Source: Mucilaginibacter sp. (GTDB taxonomy: Bacteria > Bacteroidota > Bacteroidia > Sphingobacteriales > Sphingobacteriaceae). Taken from it: 64,000 nt of DNA. Below, one piece after another: positions 29,093 through 39,837 of the stretch. How positions within the stretch are numbered: the first letter of the stretch is position 1; every line of letters begins with the position of its first letter. The notes beneath the pieces are model-generated. The model was not told the origin of the DNA and made no database searches. It saw only the letters and a list, made by a program, of their open reading frames with translations. Made by a program: the position numbers and the translations under genes. Location: assembly GCA_035656115.1 (NCBI GenBank), contig DASRTD010000076.1, forward strand, positions 18,481-82,480, read 5' to 3'.

Positions 29093-29220
29093 GTAGAGAC
29101 GCGATACATCGCGTCTCCCACTTTGCATTTCAATTATGCAAATCGATCGTGTCAACCCTTTAATGCTAAAAATCAAGATTCAGACTAACACGGATGAGAC
29201 GCGAAGTATCGCGTCTCTAC
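29093..29220. repeat. Inverted pair of GTAG-type REP palindromes (REPIN-like)
   Basis: GTAGAGACGCGATACATCGCGTCTC at 29093..29117 and its reverse complement with 1 mismatch at 29196..29220. Confidence 0.85.
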
Positions 29221-29221
29221 A

Positions 29222-30073
29222 TCAATAGGTCTCTAATTTAGTTTTTACTTCCTGCATCAGCCACATGGGGCTTGAAGTTGCCCCCGCTATACCGACCTTA
29301 TCGCCCGGCGAAAACATTTCTTTCTTTAATTCCGAAGTCGATGAAATGAAAAACGTATTCGGGTTATGTTTGAGGCAAACTTCAAACAGAACCTTGCCGT
29401 TGGATGATTTCCTGCCCGACACAAATACGATCTTGTCGAACTTAGTCGCAAATTTGGGCAGGTCCTGGTCGCGGTTAGATACCTGGCGGCAAATGGTATC
29501 ATTGGCCTTCAATTCATAACCACGTTGCAGCAGCTGGTCTTTTATATGGTAGAACTTTTCGGTGCTTTTGGTGGTCTGACTGTATAAGGTAATATTATGT
29601 GGCAGTTCAACATTATCCAACTCTGCAATATCCTGGAAAACGAGGGCCTCGCCATTAGTTTGGCCTGAAAGCCCGACCACTTCCGCATGGCCATGCTTGC
29701 CGAAGATCAAAATCTTTTCGTTTGAGTCGTAAGAGGTTTTAATGCGGTTTTGCAGCTTCAGCACTACCGGGCACGAGGCATCGATCAGTGTAATATTGTT
29801 TTCTAATGCTACCCGGTAAGTGTCCGGCGCTTCGCCATGCGCGCGGATCAGCACTTTTTCGTGGCTGAGATTTTGCAGGTCCTTGTGCTCGATGATCCGC
29901 AAACCCTTTGCTTTCAGCCGTTCCACCTCTTCGTCGTTATGCACGATATCGCCAAGACAGTATAAATAACCGTCCTGCGCCAGTATCTCTTCGGCCATGT
30001 CAATGGCATAAACCACCCCGAAGCAGAAACCCGAGTCCTGGTCGATAGTCACCTGCAAATTGTAATCACTCAT
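29222..30073 (-). CDS. ispH: 4-hydroxy-3-methylbut-2-enyl diphosphate reductase
   Basis: SGFCFGV, IVHN, IRAHG, DASCPVV, DTICRQV and AGATSSP motifs; start moved to ATG 30073. Confidence 0.95.
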   Translation of the reverse strand: MSDYNLQVTIDQDSGFCFGVVYAIDMAEEILAQDGYLYCLGDIVHNDEEVERLKAKGLRIIEHKDLQNLSHEKVLIRAHGEAPDTYRVALENNITLIDASCPVVLKLQNRIKTSYDSNEKILIFGKHGHAEVVGLSGQTNGEALVFQDIAELDNVELPHNITLYSQTTKSTEKFYHIKDQLLQRGYELKANDTICRQVSNRDQDLPKFATKFDKIVFVSGRKSSNGKVLFEVCLKHNPNTFFISSTSELKKEMFSPGDKVGIAGATSSPMWLMQEVKTKLETY

Positions 30074-30235
30074 CGCATACAAAATTAGCTAATTAGTTTA
30101 TTTGTTCAGTCACTCATTTGTTCATTGGTTTGATTGGAGTTAAATGTTTCCATTTAACGTAAGTTATCCGCCACATTGGCGGACATCCGCTGCAGCTTCT
30201 TTCGGACTTTACTGACTTTCGGACTTCTTCGTATA

Positions 30236-31324
30236 TCAAACTGCTCTTCCCTTCCATGTATTTGTGCGGGTGAGGTTTTTTTGTATGGATAAAAAAGCAA
30301 TAAGGGTTAAGTTAAACATTTGCACCGGATGCAGCAACAGGTTATAAAAAACACGCTGCCGCGAGGCCATGGAGATCATGACACGGCTGAGCGCTATCAA
30401 ACCAGCCATAAAAAATACAAGGTCGGGGTTGAGCGTCATGAGCACGATCATCGGCCCGCCCATCATCAGCAAAATGTAGACCATCAGCCCTGCAATACTG
30501 TCGTTAAATGCCGATAGGGCATTCTTGCTGAACCCGGCTATTGCCTGCCCGTAATGCCGGTACATGCGGCAGCTGATCATTCCGTTGGCTAACAAAACTT
30601 CACCCCTGTAACCCTTCGATTTTACCTGCCGCATGATCTCGGCATCCTCAAATAGCTTATCTTTTGCAAGGCTATGCCACTGGTGTTCTACGTAGGTTCC
30701 GGCATCAAAAAGCATAAATTGGCCGCAGGCGGTGGCTATTGAAGGAGTTTTGGAAAGAAATATCAAACGCACCGGCAGCAAATTCAGCAACAGGTAATGC
30801 AGCAGCGGAACAGCTACCTTTTCGCCGATAGTAGGCATGTTTTGGTCGGGAAAAAGGCTCAGCAGCGAAAGATTATAAAGTTGCATGCGATGAACCGCGC
30901 TATTGATGAGGCCCGGGGCGACATGATCGTCAGCGTCCAGAAACAAAAAGTAGCTGCCCTTTGCGTTTGCGGCGAGCTGATGGCAAGCATGGTTTTTGCC
31001 GAGCCATTCTGGCGGCAAAGCTCCGCCTTTTATCGCCCTGAAGCGCCCGTCGATTGCCGCGAATGACGAACAAATGGAATAGGTTTTATCGGACGATTCG
31101 TCATCGTAAACAATTACCTCGTAATCTTTATAGTCCTGAACTTTTATAGACTCCAGCAGGGATGCGATGTTCTCTTCTTCGTTTCTGGCCGGAATAAGGA
31201 TGGAGACAAGGTCGTGGTAATGTTTGCTTACGCGGGTCAGTTTTGGGTTCGAGATAAAATTAAAAAGCGTCACGGTAAACCGAAGCACGATAAAGAATAG
31301 CGTTATGGAGATGACGATGATCAA
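30236..31324 (-). CDS. Glycosyltransferase family 2 (membrane-anchored)
   Basis: ILIPARNEE, YDDES, WLGKNHAC and FLDADD motifs; TTG start. Confidence 0.88.
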   Translation of the reverse strand: MIIVISITLFFIVLRFTVTLFNFISNPKLTRVSKHYHDLVSILIPARNEEENIASLLESIKVQDYKDYEVIVYDDESSDKTYSICSSFAAIDGRFRAIKGGALPPEWLGKNHACHQLAANAKGSYFLFLDADDHVAPGLINSAVHRMQLYNLSLLSLFPDQNMPTIGEKVAVPLLHYLLLNLLPVRLIFLSKTPSIATACGQFMLFDAGTYVEHQWHSLAKDKLFEDAEIMRQVKSKGYRGEVLLANGMISCRMYRHYGQAIAGFSKNALSAFNDSIAGLMVYILLMMGGPMIVLMTLNPDLVFFMAGLIALSRVMISMASRQRVFYNLLLHPVQMFNLTLIAFLSIQKNLTRTNTWKGRAV

Positions 31325-31640
31325 TTTTATGCTAACGAGACTTGATGCGCAATAATTAAGTCAAATATATCATTCATGACAATTTATCAAACAAAATTGA
31401 CCCTTATTTACAGTGCCGTGGCTAACCTTCCCCTCTTCAGATTGTACGCATCGGTCAGCAGTAAATGTACGCAAAGCGGCAAGTGGTTTCCCGCATTTGA
31501 AAAACAGTAAATTTTCGCTGCTGGTTACGTAAATGCCCTGGTGTCCGTTAGTGGGCTGTTTTCCAATTTTGGAACGTGAAAAGGCGGTAAAATTTGAGGC
31601 CTTTCGATAAATCATCATTAAAAAATTAAACATTTTATCT

Positions 31641-32240
31641 ATGAAAAAAATCAACAACTTGTTTTTGCTTTTAGCGGCAGCAGCGCTGTTAGCAACATCC
31701 TGTGGTAAGAATGGCGCTCCCGGGCCTCAAGGCCCTGCCGGCCCAACTGGCGCAACGGGCCCCGCCGGGCCAACAGGCGCCGCCGGCCCTACAGGCACCG
31801 CCAATGTCATCTATTCGGCCTGGGTTACGCCTTCATCGTACACAAAGGATACGGTGTTCAGCACATGGCATCTTTATGCTAACATTGCGGCCACTAAAAT
31901 CACCCAGGCCATTTTAGACCAGGGCACTGTGATCGTATACGGCAAATTGGATGGCTATACCTCCGTAATATGGCCTACCGCCCAGGTAAGCGCCCTGCCA
32001 ATTGTGGTTACTTATACCGAAGGCGGCACGGTGTACACGGATACCTGGTCGGCGCAAATAACGCTGGGCAATGTGCGGATAGATTTTGTTGATAATTTGA
32101 ACCTGTACAGTAATATATCGAATGCACACCAGTTCAGGTATGTGATCATCCCGGGTGCGGTGTTAACCGCTGCGCTGAGGCAACACATTAACCTTAATGA
32201 TTACGGCCAGGTAAAAGCGGCCTTTAATTTAAAGGACTGA
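31641..32240 (+). CDS. Lipoprotein with collagen-like Gly-X-Y repeat
   Basis: Lipobox LATSC followed by 11 Gly-X-Y triplets. Confidence 0.85.
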   Translation: MKKINNLFLLLAAAALLATSCGKNGAPGPQGPAGPTGATGPAGPTGAAGPTGTANVIYSAWVTPSSYTKDTVFSTWHLYANIAATKITQAILDQGTVIVYGKLDGYTSVIWPTAQVSALPIVVTYTEGGTVYTDTWSAQITLGNVRIDFVDNLNLYSNISNAHQFRYVIIPGAVLTAALRQHINLNDYGQVKAAFNLKD

Positions 32241-32279
32241 TACGAGACAGAGGGGAGCGGTCAGTCGGTGGGCGTATAG

Positions 32280-33524
32280 TCAGGTGCGCTCACCGCTCAC
32301 CACATGCTCCAAAATAGTTTGGGTGGCGCCCGTATGCTCCTTTACATAATCCCCGGCCTTTTTTGCGGCAATGTTATAAAAAGCCTTATCTTCTGTTAAA
32401 GTATCTATAATTCCTTTCAGCTGCGCTTCACGGGCTATGCTAAACCCAGCTCTTAGCGCGATTAACTCGTTCGCTTCGATAAACTTTTGATAATTCGGCC
32501 CAAAAATGACGGGCAGTCCGAACGCTGCCGCTTCCAGCGTATTATGAATGCCTGCTCCAAAACCTCCGCCGATATAGGCTATATCGCCATACTGATATAG
32601 TGACGATAACATGCCGACATTATCAATCACCAGCACCCGGCAATTTACATGGGGCGAATCGGGATAACCGTCCGGGTGGGCTGTCAGGTCTGAATACCTG
32701 ATCGTAGCGCCGGCGGGTAAAATGGCCAACAGGCTATTTATTTTATCCTGGCTGATCTCATGGGGGGCGATAATGAATTTGAGGTCCGGATAATTGCCGA
32801 CAAGGGCACAAATCAGCTTTTCATCGTCGGGCCAGGTGCTGCCGGCAATAAAAACTCTGTGGCTATTTTTAAATTCAGCCAGGCCGGGAATGGATTTAGG
32901 CTGCCGGGCATTTGCCCATACCCTGTCGAACCGGGTATCGCCGCTCACGGTAACATGGGTTAAGCCAATATTCAGCAGCAATTGTTTCGACCGCTCATCC
33001 TGTACAAAAAACCAGCTGACGAAGCGCAATATTTTACGCGGCAGCGCGCCATACCATCTAAAAAAAACCTGGCCGGGCCTGAAAATGCCCGAAATCATAT
33101 ACAATGGTATATTCCGTTGTTTAGCTACGTTAAAAAAATGGTACCAGTATTCGTATTTTGTAAAAACGGCCATTTTGGGCTGTATAGCGTCAAAAAATTC
33201 GCGGGCATTGCGGCGCGTATCCAGCGGCAGGTAGTAAACGGCATCGGCCAGCGGCGTGTTTTTACGCACCTCGTACCCGGAGGGTGAAAAGAATGTTATG
33301 ACGAATTTATTTTCCGGATATTTTGTGCGTAACGCCTCCAAAACAGGCCGTCCCTGCTCAAACTCACCCAATGAAGCGAAGTGAAACCAAATACTGTCCT
33401 TAAACCGTATAAAAGCGCGCTCTTTGCGGCCGGTTATCCATAGTTTTGCCTTCCCGTTAAACGGTGAGGCGAGCAGTATGAACAAGTAGTACGAGCGTAC
33501 AACAAGGTTATATAAGAGGAGCAT
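32280..33524 (-). CDS. waaA: 3-deoxy-D-manno-octulosonic acid (Kdo) transferase
   Basis: WFHFASLGEFEQG, TFFSPSG, GDTRFD and IHNTLEAA motifs. Confidence 0.94.
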   Translation of the reverse strand: MLLLYNLVVRSYYLFILLASPFNGKAKLWITGRKERAFIRFKDSIWFHFASLGEFEQGRPVLEALRTKYPENKFVITFFSPSGYEVRKNTPLADAVYYLPLDTRRNAREFFDAIQPKMAVFTKYEYWYHFFNVAKQRNIPLYMISGIFRPGQVFFRWYGALPRKILRFVSWFFVQDERSKQLLLNIGLTHVTVSGDTRFDRVWANARQPKSIPGLAEFKNSHRVFIAGSTWPDDEKLICALVGNYPDLKFIIAPHEISQDKINSLLAILPAGATIRYSDLTAHPDGYPDSPHVNCRVLVIDNVGMLSSLYQYGDIAYIGGGFGAGIHNTLEAAAFGLPVIFGPNYQKFIEANELIALRAGFSIAREAQLKGIIDTLTEDKAFYNIAAKKAGDYVKEHTGATQTILEHVVSGERT

Positions 33525-33586
33525 TTTTAGATTTTGAATTATTAACTTCGCAGGGCATAAAAGTAATCACAATTAAAATATAATCT

Positions 33587-34897
33587 ATGAAAATTGCTGT
33601 AGTAGGCACAGGATACGTAGGACTGGTAACAGGGACCTGCCTGGCAGAGACCGGTAACCAGGTAATATGTGTCGACATTAACGAGAAAAAAGTAAAGATG
33701 ATGCAGGAGGGGGAATTGCCTATATATGAGCCCGGCCTCGAATTACTTTTTTATCGCAACATCGTGCAAAAGCGCCTGCATTTTACAGCAAACCTGGCTG
33801 AAGCCATCGCTGAAGCGAAAATTATTTTCCTGGCGCTGCCAACCCCTCCGGATGGCGATGGCTCTGCCGACCTGAGCTACGTGCTGGGCGCCGCCGGGGA
33901 TATTGCAAAGCTGATCACTGAGTATAAGGTTATTGTGACTAAATCTACCGTTCCGGTAGGCACTGCGGATAAGGTAACCGCCATTATGCGGGAAAATACC
34001 AGCGTTGAGTTTGCGGTGGTTTCTAACCCGGAGTTTTTACGCGAAGGCGTAGCCGTTGAGGACTTTATGAAACCCGACCGCGTGGTAGTTGGCACAACTG
34101 ATGAACGCGCCCGCAAGCTGATGGGTGAGTTGTATGCGCCTTATGTGCGCCAGGGTAACCCGATTATCTTTATGGACGAACGCTCGTCCGAACTGACCAA
34201 ATATGCAGCCAACTCCTTCCTGGCAACCAAAATATCTTTCATGAACGAGATTGCTAACCTGTGTGAACTGGTTGGCGCCGATGTGGATATGGTACGGCGC
34301 GGAATTGGGGCGGATAACCGGATCGGCAAGCGTTTTTTGTTTTCGGGCATCGGTTATGGCGGCAGTTGTTTCCCAAAAGACGTGCAGGCGCTGGCCAAAT
34401 CAGCTGAGGAAAAACGCTATGATTTCAAAATACTCAATTCGGTGATGAAGGTTAACGAGATCCAGAAAAAGGTATTGGTTGAAAAGGTTAAAAAATATTA
34501 TAAAGGCGAGTTAAAAGGAAAAAAATTCGCGATGTGGGGCCTTGCGTTCAAGCCGGAAACGGACGACGTCCGCGAAGCGCCGTCGCTTTATATTATCGAC
34601 GACCTGGTAGCTGCCGGAGCTGAAATAGTTGCTTTCGACCCGGAAGCAATGAAAAATGTACAGAACCTGATAGGCGACAAAATAAAATATGCCGGCGACC
34701 CCTACGAAGCGCTCACCGGGGCCGATGCATTGCTGATCGTAACCGAATGGTCGTTGTTCCGGACGCCCGATTTTGAGCAGGTCGAGTCGTTGCTGAAAAC
34801 AAAAGTTATTTTTGACGGCCGAAATTTATATGAACTGGAAAAGATGGTGGATTGCGGCTTTTATTATAACAGTATCGGCAGAAAAGAAATAAAGTAA
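33587..34897 (+). CDS. ugd: UDP-glucose 6-dehydrogenase
   Basis: [22 protein letters not shown] and [10 protein letters not shown] motifs. Confidence 0.95.
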   Translation: MKIAVVGTGYVGLVTGTCLAETGNQVICVDINEKKVKMMQEGELPIYEPGLELLFYRNIVQKRLHFTANLAEAIAEAKIIFLALPTPPDGDGSADLSYVLGAAGDIAKLITEYKVIVTKSTVPVGTADKVTAIMRENTSVEFAVVSNPEFLREGVAVEDFMKPDRVVVGTTDERARKLMGELYAPYVRQGNPIIFMDERSSELTKYAANSFLATKISFMNEIANLCELVGADVDMVRRGIGADNRIGKRFLFSGIGYGGSCFPKDVQALAKSAEEKRYDFKILNSVMKVNEIQKKVLVEKVKKYYKGELKGKKFAMWGLAFKPETDDVREAPSLYIIDDLVAAGAEIVAFDPEAMKNVQNLIGDKIKYAGDPYEALTGADALLIVTEWSLFRTPDFEQVESLLKTKVIFDGRNLYELEKMVDCGFYYNSIGRKEIK

Positions 34898-35883
34898 TGG
34901 CGGAACGCAAAAGGATATTGATAACGGGTGCGGCGGGTTTCCTGGGTTCCCATTTGTGCGACAGGTTTATTAAGGAAGATTTCCACGTCATCGGGATGGA
35001 TAACCTGATCACCGGCGACCTGCGCAACATACAGCATTTATTTAAGCTGGATAATTTCGAGTTTTACCATCACGACGTCTCCAAGTTCGTCTATGTTCCG
35101 GGTGAACTGCATTATATATTGCACTTTGCATCGCCCGCAAGCCCGATCGACTATTTGAAAATACCGATCCAGACCTTGAAAGTAGGCTCATTGGGCACAC
35201 ACAACCTGCTGGGTTTGGCCCGCGCAAAAAAGGCAAGGATGCTGATCGCATCAACCTCGGAAGTTTATGGCGACCCGAATGTAAACCCGCAGCCGGAGGA
35301 ATACTGGGGCAATGTGAACCCGGTTGGCCCGCGCGGGGTATACGATGAGGCTAAACGTTTCCAGGAAGCGATAACTATGGCTTATCATACCTTTCATGGT
35401 TTGGAAACACGGATAGTACGAATATTCAATACCTACGGCCCGCGCATGCGGTTGAATGACGGCCGCGTTTTGCCGGCATTTATAGGCCAGGCGCTGCGCG
35501 GCGAGCCGCTAACCATGTTTGGCGACGGTTCGCAAACCCGCTCGTTTTGTTATGTCGACGACTTGATCGAAGGGATTTACCGCTTGTTGTTCAGCGATTA
35601 TGCCCAGCCGATGAACATAGGCAACCCGGACGAGATCACCATCAAAGAGTTTGGCGAAGAGATCATCAAGCTGACAGGCACAGATCAAAAACTGATCAGC
35701 CTGCCCTTGCCGACCGACGATCCGAAACAGCGCCGCCCGGATATTACCAAAGCAAAGGCAATTTTAGGTTGGGAGCCGAAAGTATCGAGAAGCGAGGGAC
35801 TGAAGATCACCTACGACTATTTTAAGTCGCTTCCCGAAAAAGAGATACAACACAAAGATTTTACCTATTTTAATAAAAATTAA
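34897..35883 (+). CDS. UDP-glucuronic acid decarboxylase (UDP-xylose synthase-like)
   Basis: [27 protein letters not shown] and YDEAKR motifs. Confidence 0.9.
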   Translation: MAERKRILITGAAGFLGSHLCDRFIKEDFHVIGMDNLITGDLRNIQHLFKLDNFEFYHHDVSKFVYVPGELHYILHFASPASPIDYLKIPIQTLKVGSLGTHNLLGLARAKKARMLIASTSEVYGDPNVNPQPEEYWGNVNPVGPRGVYDEAKRFQEAITMAYHTFHGLETRIVRIFNTYGPRMRLNDGRVLPAFIGQALRGEPLTMFGDGSQTRSFCYVDDLIEGIYRLLFSDYAQPMNIGNPDEITIKEFGEEIIKLTGTDQKLISLPLPTDDPKQRRPDITKAKAILGWEPKVSRSEGLKITYDYFKSLPEKEIQHKDFTYFNKN

Positions 35884-36905
35884 TGGCCAAAATATTAGTT
35901 ACCGGCGGATTGGGTTATATCGGTTCGCACACCGTTGTCGAACTGGTTAACGCCGGCTACGAACCCGTTATCGTTGATGATCTTTCCAACTCTAACCCCG
36001 GCATACTCGATCAGCTCACTAAAATAATCGGTTTTAAACCGGTGGCTTACAATTTCGACATCTGCGATGCAGAGAAACTCGCGGCCTTTGTGCAGAACGA
36101 GCCGGCCCTGGAAGGCATTATCCACTTTGCTGCATTTAAGGCAGTTGGCGAATCGGTAAAAAATCCGTTAAAATACTATCACAATAACCTGCTCTCGCTG
36201 ATTAACTTGTTGAAGGCTTACAGCGGCAAAACGGTTAATTTCGTGTTTTCCTCAAGCTGCACGGTATACGGGCAGCCCGATCACTTGCCGGTTACCGAAG
36301 ACGCCCCGGTAAAGCCGGCGCAATCGCCCTATGGTAATACCAAGCAGATAGCCGAGGAAATTTTGAAGGACAGCGTTGTTTCGGGGGATGCTAAAAAAGT
36401 GATCTCGCTGCGCTATTTTAACCCGGTCGGCGCGCATGAATCAGCATTGATTGGCGAACTGCCAATAGGCGTGCCGCAAAATCTTGTCCCGTTCATCACG
36501 CAAACGGCCATTGGCAAACGCGAAAAGATCACGGTTTTTGGCGATGATTATAATACAAGGGACGGCAGCTGCGTGCGCGATTATATCCACGTGGTCGACC
36601 TGGCAAAAGCCCACGTTGCCGCACTTAAATTAATGGCAGGCGGCTCTTTTTCCGGCTACGACGTCTTTAACCTGGGGACAGGCAACGGCAACACTGTGCT
36701 TGAGATTATCTACGCTTTTGAACGTGCAACGGGCGTAAAATTGAACTACGAGATCGGACCGAGACGGAGCGGTGACGTGGAACAAGTATGGGGCGATGTA
36801 ACCAGGTCGGCGCAAAAACTGCATTGGCGCGCCGGGTTGGGAATTGATACCATGATGTCGTCGGCCTGGACATGGGAGCAATACCTGTCGGAATACCCGC
36901 TGTGA
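35883..36905 (+). CDS. galE: UDP-glucose 4-epimerase
   Basis: GGLGYIGSHT, FSSSCTVYG, YGNTK and LRYFNPVGAH motifs. Confidence 0.95.
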   Translation: MAKILVTGGLGYIGSHTVVELVNAGYEPVIVDDLSNSNPGILDQLTKIIGFKPVAYNFDICDAEKLAAFVQNEPALEGIIHFAAFKAVGESVKNPLKYYHNNLLSLINLLKAYSGKTVNFVFSSSCTVYGQPDHLPVTEDAPVKPAQSPYGNTKQIAEEILKDSVVSGDAKKVISLRYFNPVGAHESALIGELPIGVPQNLVPFITQTAIGKREKITVFGDDYNTRDGSCVRDYIHVVDLAKAHVAALKLMAGGSFSGYDVFNLGTGNGNTVLEIIYAFERATGVKLNYEIGPRRSGDVEQVWGDVTRSAQKLHWRAGLGIDTMMSSAWTWEQYLSEYPL

Positions 36906-37097
36906 TTATATAGAGATGAAGTGAAACGCCGGGGTAAAAAAATAGTTTAGCTTGATTTCATAAGCATTATTTACATTTGCAGGCTAAATGGCCTTACCCC
37001 AACCATTTGAAGCTAAAAAACTTAAATATCGGCTAACTTCGTGTTTGACTGTTTTTAAAAAGCAAAAGAAAAGATTTTCAATAATATCCAGGTAACT

Positions 37098-37838
37098 ATG
37101 TTTGGGATTTTTAAAAAGAAAGAGCAAAAAAAACAGGCCACTTTTGATTATAGCTCCATAATAGTTGATATGCACTCCCATGTGTTGCCCGGAATTGACG
37201 ACGGCGCCCAAAACCCACAGGAGTCGATCGTGCTGATCAGGAGGATGATGGCGATGGGTATCAGGAAGATAATAGCCACGCCGCATATTATGGCTGATTA
37301 TTATAGAAACACCAACGAGACCATCAGCAATGCACTCGCGGTTTTAAAGGCCGAACTGGAAAAGGAAAATATCGATATTGTTGTAGAGGCTGCCGCCGAG
37401 CACTATTTTGATGAAATTTTTGAAGACAGGATCAGCAGGAATGATCTGATGATCATCGGCGCCAATTATGTATTGTTCGAGCTTTCGTTCATCAGTCAGC
37501 CGCCAAACGTAGTTGTGGCTATAAAGAAATTGATAGCACTGGGTTACAGGCCTATCCTTGCTCACCCGGAACGATACCTGTATCTCGATATTGACGAGCT
37601 GCGGGCGCTTCACGATTTGGGCATTGCTTTCCAGATCAACACCATATCACTTACGGGGTATTATGGCAAGGAAGCAAAAAAAATGGCTGAAACGCTGATT
37701 GACCATCAGCTGGTTGATTTTATCTCGAGCGATATGCATCACCAGAGGCATGCTGACGCATTAAAGGATGCGCTAAGAATGCCTTACCTGGAAAAAGTGA
37801 TGTTTGATTACCCGCTCCGGAATATTATGCTTCGGTAG
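37098..37838 (+). CDS. CpsB/CapC-type PHP protein-tyrosine phosphatase
   Basis: DMHSHVLPGIDDGA, IATPH, ILAHPERY and SSDMHH motifs. Confidence 0.9.
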   Translation: MFGIFKKKEQKKQATFDYSSIIVDMHSHVLPGIDDGAQNPQESIVLIRRMMAMGIRKIIATPHIMADYYRNTNETISNALAVLKAELEKENIDIVVEAAAEHYFDEIFEDRISRNDLMIIGANYVLFELSFISQPPNVVVAIKKLIALGYRPILAHPERYLYLDIDELRALHDLGIAFQINTISLTGYYGKEAKKMAETLIDHQLVDFISSDMHHQRHADALKDALRMPYLEKVMFDYPLRNIMLR

Positions 37839-38024
37839 TGCCAAAGGGATGTGCGGATGTGCAGATGTGCAGATGTGCAGAGAAGAAATCTGTTTAGTAT
37901 AGCAAAACAGCCTAAATCCTACTGCTAAATTCCATTCAAAGTAAATTGTGCGGACCGGCACACATTGTAATTAAAATCATTTGCACATTCACGCATTCGC
38001 ATATCTGCACATCGATCCCGCACA

Positions 38025-39266
38025 TCACTCATACCTCAACGCCTCAACCGGATCGAGCCGGGAAGCTTTGCTTGCGGGATAAAATCCGGAGATGAGCCCG
38101 ATCAGCGTACACAACACGATAGCGGTCCCCAGCCACATCCACGGCACATTAAAAGATCCCGTGATACCCAAAGCCAGCAGGTTGCCGATGATCATTCCCA
38201 GCAAGACGCCAAGAATGCCGCCGATGAAGCAAATCACGATGGCTTCTATTAAAAACTGCTTACGGATGATGCCGGGTGTGGCGCCCAATGCTTTGCGTAA
38301 GCCGATCTCGCGGGTCCGCTCGGTTACGGATACCAGCATAATATTCATTAACCCGATGGAGGCGCCGATCAGCGTTATAGCGCTTACCAATAGTCCGCCT
38401 ATAGTTATCCCGGCCAACTGACCTGAAAGCTGCTGCTGAAACGAATCGCTTCGTTCGATGGCAAAATTGTCATCGCTCCTTACGTCAAGGTCGCGCACAT
38501 TCCTGAATAGCGATGTCGCCTCGCCGATGCTTGCATCAAGTGCAGTAGGGTTTTTCACCATCACCGTAACCGTAAATGAGCGATTGGTGTCGGGGTCGAT
38601 CTGCTTAGCCTCCAATACCGGGATAATGCAAAATTTATCGCCCCCGAATCCCATACCCGAGCCCTTCGATTCAAACACGCCTATTACCCTGAACCGGCTG
38701 CTGCCTATAAAAATCGACTTGTCAATTGGATCATCATTTTTGAAAAGACGTTTTTTTATCTCGTAGCCTATCATTACCACGTTTTCGCCCCGTTCTACCT
38801 CAGCCGAAGAAAAATTTCGACCGAAAGAAAGTTTATACCCGCTTGTAGCCACGTAGTTGCCGTCCGAGCCGGTGACAGATATATTGGGATTGGTTTTTTT
38901 ATCGGCATATTTTACCACCGCTGTGCCGCTTACGCTCAGGTTTACGGTAGAGATAACCGGCATTTGAAATTCTTTTTGAAACCGCGCCGCCTGCTCATAC
39001 GTTATTGCGGGGTAAACTTTTTGATGGCCGCCGTTGCCAAAATTGAGGCCGTTATTGGTGTTAGCGAGGGTGAAGGAGTTGGCGCCTAAGCCGGCAAAAG
39101 CATCATTAACCTTTGTTTTAATGCCTTCAATAACGGTTAGTATCCCTACCAGCGCCATAATACCGATTGCGATAATGAGCGAAGTAAGCGATGTGCGCAG
39201 CCTGTTGCCTGCTATAGCCTGCAGGGCAATGGAAATATTTTCTTTGAAGCTGGTTTTTACCGCCAT
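38025..39266 (-). CDS. ABC transporter permease (MacB/FtsX-like)
   Basis: NRLRTSLT, IGLMNIMLVSVTERTREIGLRKALGA and PASKASRLDPVEALRYE. Confidence 0.92.
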   Translation of the reverse strand: MAVKTSFKENISIALQAIAGNRLRTSLTSLIIAIGIMALVGILTVIEGIKTKVNDAFAGLGANSFTLANTNNGLNFGNGGHQKVYPAITYEQAARFQKEFQMPVISTVNLSVSGTAVVKYADKKTNPNISVTGSDGNYVATSGYKLSFGRNFSSAEVERGENVVMIGYEIKKRLFKNDDPIDKSIFIGSSRFRVIGVFESKGSGMGFGGDKFCIIPVLEAKQIDPDTNRSFTVTVMVKNPTALDASIGEATSLFRNVRDLDVRSDDNFAIERSDSFQQQLSGQLAGITIGGLLVSAITLIGASIGLMNIMLVSVTERTREIGLRKALGATPGIIRKQFLIEAIVICFIGGILGVLLGMIIGNLLALGITGSFNVPWMWLGTAIVLCTLIGLISGFYPASKASRLDPVEALRYE

Positions 39267-39352
39267 GGATTGAAATTTACGAAGACCTGGGGATAAGACT
39301 ATAACAGCCTGCGTATTGTTACAAGCTTTGCTCCGTTATTTGGCAATAAAAA

Positions 39353-39372
39353 AAGCAGCCTTCGGGCTGCTT
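39353..39372 (-). terminator. Intrinsic terminator after the HesB/IscA gene
   Basis: Perfect 8-bp stem AAGCAGCC/GGCTGCTT, 4-nt loop, T-run on the minus strand. Confidence 0.8.
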
Positions 39373-39401
39373 CAATTTTAATAAATATAGATATTATTAA
39401 A

Positions 39402-39776
39402 TTATACCGAAAAGGAAGACCCGCAGCCACAAGTGCTGGCGGCGTTGGGGTTATTGAAAGTAAAGCCGCGGGCATTTAATCCGTCCTGGAAATCGATCTG
39501 CATACCAACCAGGTACAAGCCATGGGCCTTGTGCATATAAACTTTCAAGCCATCGATAAAATACTCCTGGTCGCCATCCTTCTTCTGATCAAATCCGAGC
39601 ACGTAATTCATGCCTGAACAACCTCCGCCCTCCACGCCGACACGCAGGGCAAAATCGGGGCCGATCTCCTGCTGGTCCATCAACTTTTTCAATTCCTTAA
39701 CCGCGCCTTCTGTAAATGACACCGGTCCGGGGGCGGTTTCAACAGCAATACTCATCTTATTTTTTATTAACTTCAC
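39402..39776 (-). CDS. HesB/IscA family Fe-S cluster assembly accessory protein
   Basis: GGGCSG and CGCGSSF motifs; true start may be MSIAVE at 39755. Confidence 0.93.
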   Translation of the reverse strand: MKLIKNKMSIAVETAPGPVSFTEGAVKELKKLMDQQEIGPDFALRVGVEGGGCSGMNYVLGFDQKKDGDQEYFIDGLKVYMHKAHGLYLVGMQIDFQDGLNARGFTFNNPNAASTCGCGSSFSV

Positions 39777-39837
39777 AAATATAAGCTAAAATACACATTT
39801 TTGCCTCAACCGGTTTATTTATGACCGATAGATAACA

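Noticed and set aside
33525-33586. Invertible (phase-variable) promoter for the ugd-galE genes
   Set aside because: No flanking inverted repeats, recombinase or UpxY gene.
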